Positions 58,206 to 64,000 of a DNA stretch of 64,000 nucleotides are shown here, in pieces; position 1 is the stretch's first letter; the number at the start of each line of letters is the position of its first letter. A model generated the notes under the pieces. The model was given only the letters and a program-made list of their open reading frames with translations, searched no databases and was not told where the DNA came from. Location of the stretch: contig JBHGNT010000010.1 of NCBI GenBank assembly GCA_043228905.1, positions 17,670,001-17,734,000 of the forward strand, written 5' to 3'. Position numbers and translations under genes: made by a program. Source of the stretch: Azolla caroliniana (Eukaryota; Plantae; Polypodiophyta).

Positions 58206-58292
58206 ATGGAGGGAGAGAGGGGGGTTGTTCTATGGGTTCTCAAATGGGCTTTATTAATGGAAAAGTGCATAAAGCTCTCTCACTTCTCTATC

Positions 58293-58300
58293 TATATAAA
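58293..58300 (+). promoter_or_regulatory. TATA box of the orphan CxWPR-repeat gene
   Basis: TCTATATAAA followed by a pyrimidine-rich leader, 95 nt upstream of ATG 58395 in a good context (CATATGGC). A TGAGTCA motif lies at 58133-58139. Confidence 0.65.
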
Positions 58301-58394
58301 TCTTCCTTCTACATTTCTCTCTTAACACATTCCTCTACTCTTGGCCTCTCAATCTCCCTCTTCATCCCTAAACACACACACATAATACACTCAT

Positions 58395-59138
58395 ATGGCT
58401 ACCTCTTCCTTCTTCCCCACCAAATGCCTTCATGCTACTAAGCATGAGTATGGACACAACCTCACCCTCCCTTCTTCTTCTTCCTCTTCTTCCTCTTCTA
58501 CTCAAATTAACAACTTTCATCAACCCCAACCTCACCCCAATTTTATAACTTCTTCCAGAGGCACCAAAGAAGGAATTAGACTCTCTTGTGACAATACTAC
58601 ATTGATCAAACTATCTAACGCTTCCTTCTTCATTCACCACACCATAAACTCCAAAGAAGTGGAAGAAGAAGAAGAAGCCAAAAACCATGGCCATGAGCTC
58701 ATTGGACACCCACATTTTTCTCCCACGATTCACGCCATAATCCCTACCATTAGTACCAATGCCATTGCCCCCACGGCACAACACTTCATTGGTCCTAGTT
58801 GCTCATGGCCTCGTCCTCAACCTATCACCTCGTATAACAAAACACGGGCAAAATCTACGTCGATTCCAGTTCCTCCGTCTCCACAATGTGCTTGGCCTAG
58901 AGTTTTTCGTACGTCCTTACTCATCAAGCCCAATAATGATTACGATTTATCACCGAGAGATGGACCCAAGTGTGCTTGGCCTAGGATGAGCTTGAGACAT
59001 GAACAAAATGTCCAGGGAAATTCTACTATCAACAAAGTTGAGGAAACATATTGTGTTCATGAAAAAGTAGAGCAAACCATGTATCAAGGTCCTCGATGCA
59101 CTTGGCCTCGACTTTCTATCTCGGGATTAAGTTTTTAG
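58395..59138 (+). CDS. Orphan intronless 247-aa protein with four [GS]PxC[AST]WPR motifs
   Basis: Long open frame with TATA box and Y-rich leader; Ser/Thr-rich N-terminus (MATSSFFP); motifs GPSCSWPR, SPQCAWPR, GPKCAWPR and GPRCTWPR encoded with different synonymous codons. Confidence 0.8.
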   Translation: MATSSFFPTKCLHATKHEYGHNLTLPSSSSSSSSSTQINNFHQPQPHPNFITSSRGTKEGIRLSCDNTTLIKLSNASFFIHHTINSKEVEEEEEAKNHGHELIGHPHFSPTIHAIIPTISTNAIAPTAQHFIGPSCSWPRPQPITSYNKTRAKSTSIPVPPSPQCAWPRVFRTSLLIKPNNDYDLSPRDGPKCAWPRMSLRHEQNVQGNSTINKVEETYCVHEKVEQTMYQGPRCTWPRLSISGLSF

Positions 59139-61017
59139 GATAATAATTCATTTGGTGATCCCGTAAATCGTTCGAGATTTTCTGTTGTAATTTTTTAATG
59201 AAAATCTAATGCGGACATGGTTCGATATTTAACCACTTTTCTATCACTCAAAGATATAGCAAATGACTATTGTGATGAAAACTAGTTGTAGATCCAACAA
59301 TATAAAAACAGGGACTAGAGAAGTGTCATTTTCTAGTTGACACAACTATGAACATGTGGTGCTCAAAACAAGAGAAAGTTACCAAAGTACAACCACAATT
59401 TCATGACTTTACAAAAAAACACCAAGCAAATTTTGTAAATGGTGACAATCACAGTTGATAAAGTGAATGACGATAAAATGATTATCAGATTAGCATAGTC
59501 GAATTGGCAAATGAGTGCATTACTATAGCTTATCCGAAATACTAATGTATAACCAGCTGTTTTCTCAGATGAACTGCCCATTCATTAATGAAATTAACAT
59601 GAGAATAAACGAGTTAGTGGAAGGCAGCCAGTGCTGAATGGGGTAGAATTAGTTTATTATTTAGTGTTGGCAATAAGGTAACAATGCTTTAATTTTCAAC
59701 AAGTTCCATGTTATATTGTCAAATATCCCTAAAAGCATTTTGCAAAACATGAACAATGCAATTCAAATGAGAGTTCCATGACACATTCAAAAATAGCATT
59801 AAAGACAAGGACTAGAGAAGGATAATCCTCTGTCTAATGTAGTGATTGTAATTTGTTCCTAGTATGATGTTAGCATATAGTTAGGATTAAGAAAAGGATA
59901 ATCCTCCGTATAATTGAGTGATTGTTCCTAGTATAGATAAGGATATAGATAAGGATAATCCTCTGTATAATGTTCCAACTTCCTAGTGTGATCGTACCAT
60001 ATAGCTCTCTCATTACATTTAATCAATGAACTCCCTGATCTTTTGGTAAACTTTATATTTTCTGGCTGGCACGCTTAGAAGGAGCATAAATCTCTCTTCT
60101 TCCAGAATTTTGTTGTTACATACCTGCAGATGACTGAACTGACCCAGATGGGCGAATGAGAATGAGAAAATCAAACACAAATAGAATTGCCCGAGGAGAG
60201 GGGCTCACGTTTGATTAGACAATTGGTGAGATCGCAGGGGACTGAGACACAGCCCAAACTTCTACGGGTAAAAGCAGTGGGGGATCTTCCAAATTGAATG
60301 AAAGATGAGAGCATAAAGGTCTTATGTACCATTTAAATCTTCAAGGCATGAACCATAATTTACATGATCCACAAGGGACTTGCATTTAATTGAATGATAC
60401 ATACATGAGATACTTGACCCACAAGGGAGAGAACAATGCCATCATAATTAGAGGTTGGTTGCATTTAACAGATTAGTATATACGTTCGAATCTCGTTAAG
60501 ATGATATAAGAAAGAATCATCAGAGTAGTAACATCCATAAGAACCAGTCAGTCGAATAGTATATAACACAAGAAACAATCATGAATATTTTTGGAAAAAT
60601 AAATAAATCACAAATAGTGTCACAATGAAAAACAATTGTCAGAATAGCATTCGTGTAGAACTAGCACATCACCATGAATAATGATGATGCTTCTTGACCT
60701 TAGTATATATATCGACTACAAAATCTCATTTGATGTTTAAAAAACATTTAATACACATTCACGTGACATGAAGTTTAGAGACTGAAAGTTTCATGCTTTT
60801 GCACATTATTGTCTCAATACAAATCCTCAACTTTTTAAAAGTGAAGCTCAAAAAAATTCGTTGGACTTTAGCTTCATCCAAGCCACTGTATATCACATCC
60901 ATGTATGAACAAAACATCATATTATCATAATCTCCATTCGACTGCTGGATGCTCACTCTAAATACAACAAATCAGGTCCATTGAATGAAATTCACTACAT
61001 CAGTTAGTTTCTGGAAG

Positions 61018-63978
61018 TCATTCTTCATCATCATTCTCTTCTGAGAACTTGATCTTCTTTGAAACAACTGGTAGTGATGCCCTCTGCATTGTCAAATAAA
61101 CATAGCCACTTGGTTCAGATTAAAAAGAAAACAATTTGTAAACACCCATAAGGTGCAATCAATCACAATTTCATAATAAACAAGCTCTATGTATTTACTA
61201 ATCATGTATGCATTACTCTGATAGTGAGAACTTACATTACATTCATCCATGTACATATGAAAAATGTTTCATTTCAGCGCTCTCATACACGCATAAATTA
61301 ATAGTAACATTACATTTTATACTTTTGTATATATATATATACAACCAAGTATAGTATTTAGAGTACAATAATCCACGTACATACAAATGAAAGAAAACAC
61401 TATATGATATTAATGTATGTAGTAGAAATAGCAACATTATATTATATTCATCTATGGAGTATACAGAGGCAACATAACATCACATTCATCTATTTCTGTA
61501 TCACATACAATCACATTCATCTATGAATATAAAATAATACATACTATATCAGGGTACTCAAAATCAATCCCAGCGGCCTTGATCTTGTTTCTCCGTATAT
61601 TCTCCCTTCTCAGGATTTTCTTTAAGATTAACTTCTGCTCCTCCGGCCCTTTTTCCTAATAATTGAGACAGATAAGAATAAAAACTTTATTCTGAGCTAG
61701 TTTTTTTGCACTCAAAGTAGGCATCTACACTCAAAATCTTACCCTATTTTGCCTGATGTTCTCTAGCCACTTCCAATTAGGAGGCTTATAAACACGACCT
61801 GAGCCGACCCACCTATTTCAAAGATAATTCCTTCATAGTGAGTGGTCCAAGTAAAACAAAGGTTAAAATTAAAGAAATAACTTGTCGAACTTACATCCTA
61901 TTGTGTACTCTCTCAAGAGGAACCACCTTAACTTGCAGTAAGTGTTCATAAAGGAGATAATTGTTCATAGAATCTGCCACTATCTCGGCCACCTGATCCA
62001 AACGTGCAGAATATTGTTCGTGAATACAAAGTTAAACAGCTTGCGAAGATTGTTTAGTTCAGTTCTTACCTCAGGTGATTCGAACTGTATGAATGCAAAA
62101 TGTTTTGACTTCCCTGTCTGCAAGAAACAAATACAAGATGAGTGGTGGAGAAAACCAAATATCCAATTTGGTAATCATCATATTCTCGTGATTTATATGA
62201 CCTTGAAAAATCACTGAACACTAACTGTCATATGGAAAGCTTTGTTTGACCATGCCAAACAGTCCTCAATTAGGCTATATCTATCCCACAGTTGTTTTTA
62301 GCCCACAAGTAGTATTTGTAAGACTAACATATAAGGAGGTTTTTTATGCTTGCACAGTTACATAATTCACATCCATACATATCTCTTAATGGAAGCTGGT
62401 TCCTAGACCTTTGAAGTAGTTTGAAGCATACAAGCTGAACAAATATTCACCATGAGTGTTCATTGTCAAATTATGGCAACTTTGGAGAGTTTTCCAGCAA
62501 TTGAGGAAATTAGCACATGACTGAAAGGCTAACCCAAAATTCAACTAAACATGAACATTTTACCCAATAACTGGTCCTATATTTCTTATCATGCAATACC
62601 AGTAGTCAATGCACTTGATATCATTGCAACCACATAAATGCTCGGTTATAAACTCGGAGTAATATACAACCAGACATTTTCCAGATGATTCATGAATAAT
62701 CAAGATTAGAAATTTGGGTAACTGTTTGCATGGTGATGCCTACATATACAAGAAATGCAGATCCAACATCCGTCAGACAGTTTTGTTCACCGAGTCTCTA
62801 GAACAGCCTTTAATCCCTATAATAATAATACAATGCAATATAAGAATAATTCATTTACAATACCACTTCCCATCAGAACTTTCATGGACTTACCCATGGA
62901 GGAAAGCACATTGATCATCTATAATGTATAATAATGCATTTGTCAAAGTGGTGCAATGCATTGTGCATACAGTTTAAAATACTAAATTCACAATTCACAA
63001 ACCAGGTGAAGGTCATCATCTACCATAAACTCAAAAGAAATGATAACAAAAATAAGGATTGATGATCTTTCCAGCACTGAGTAACATTATATGGTGCATG
63101 CTTGTGTTTACATCACACAAACATAATATATGTGCATTTGCATTTGTCTGTAACAATCAAATGATAAATACCTTTTTGTTCCGAGAGAGTCGCAGATGTT
63201 TGATATTCCCAAATTGACCAAAAAACCCTGCAAATCAAGCACAAGTAGTATAAGCTCAAAACGTCTTACATAGAGCATATTAGCATATATTAGGGGCAGT
63301 TTTGTTTACAAAGTTTTGATGTCAAAGGAAATGAAAAACGGCTCCTTTTCTTCATTCTTTTCGTTGACAAGGGAAATACACATAATCAACAAGAAACCCT
63401 ACAAATAAAGAACTACTTCCCCCAAAAAAAGCAAGGGGAAAGAATGGAATCGCATCTACATAAGCGCTGGAAGGAAAGAAAAAACTAGGGGAAAGAATGT
63501 GGAAAGAGAAGCATATGGTCTAGATAAAACCCTACTTTCACCCAAAACAAAAAAGAAAACTACGGAGAATAAGGGACAAAATCAATGCAAACATTTTCTA
63601 ATGAAACCCTAGAAAGAAAGAAAGAAAACAAAGAAAGTCTTCAACCCCCAGATGAAACTACTTAACACGCAGTGGCTCTTCAGTTAGAAGCTTGAGGTAC
63701 AAAGTGCAGAGAATAGCGGGGGAGAAAGTGTATTATTTCCACCCGGAAAGAAAAAGGACGAAAGGAAAACAAGAAGGAAAGGGAAAACTCGCATTACCTC
63801 GCATTTGTTCTTCATAGAATCCATGAGGTATACGACCGACATACACAACGTTTGATCTTCCACTTCCGCTGACAGAGGAAGAGGAGACAGAAAGCTTCTT
63901 CACCTTCTGTTGCTTCCCTCTCAACTTCTTAGCTTTCTTCTTCACAGCTAGGGTTTGTTCTTCTTCTGTGTCAAGAGG
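61018..63978 (-). CDS. Nucleolar RRM protein, NIFK/MKI67IP/Nop15-like (first exon lies beyond the window)
   Basis: Exons 63978-63798, 63227-63172, 62117-62070, 61992-61895, 61812-61743, 61655-61545 and 61083-61018. RNP2 [27 protein letters not shown]1 [35 protein letters not shown] and SKKIKF. Confidence 0.93.
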
Positions 63979-64000
63979 CTGAGAAAATCAAAGAGCAACA

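Noticed and set aside
59818-59975. Three copies of AAGGATAATCCTC(T/C)GT
   Set aside because: Short local duplication in an intergenic or 3' region with no further structure.

Overview
Eukaryotic land-plant nuclear DNA (GT-AG introns, many microsatellites). Eight protein-coding genes of recognisable families can be read from sequence: an F-box/LRR gene (truncated by the window start), the meiotic SWI1/DYAD/AMEIOTIC1 homologue, an intronless germin-like protein, phosphatidylglycerophosphate synthase, a DOMON/cytochrome b561 protein, an atypical class III peroxidase, the PPDK regulatory protein and a nucleolar NIFK/Nop15-like RRM protein (truncated by the window end). Transposons include a decayed Mutator (MULE) transposase with an internal tandem duplication and a nested hAT-type element, an internally deleted Copia element carrying a tRNA-derived insert in one LTR, a Mutator-type MITE, a chromovirus remnant and hAT remnants. 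The most unusual item is an intronless 247-aa orphan ORF (58395-59138) with its own TATA box. It carries four copies of a [GS]-P-x-C-[AST]-W-P-R motif that is conserved at protein level but not at DNA level, so it is a candidate multi-core peptide precursor or multivalent docking protein. The peroxidase has lost both Cys of one canonical disulfide and has a 112-aa Gly/Lys/Arg-rich tail. All calls come from manual reading and translation; no database searches were run.
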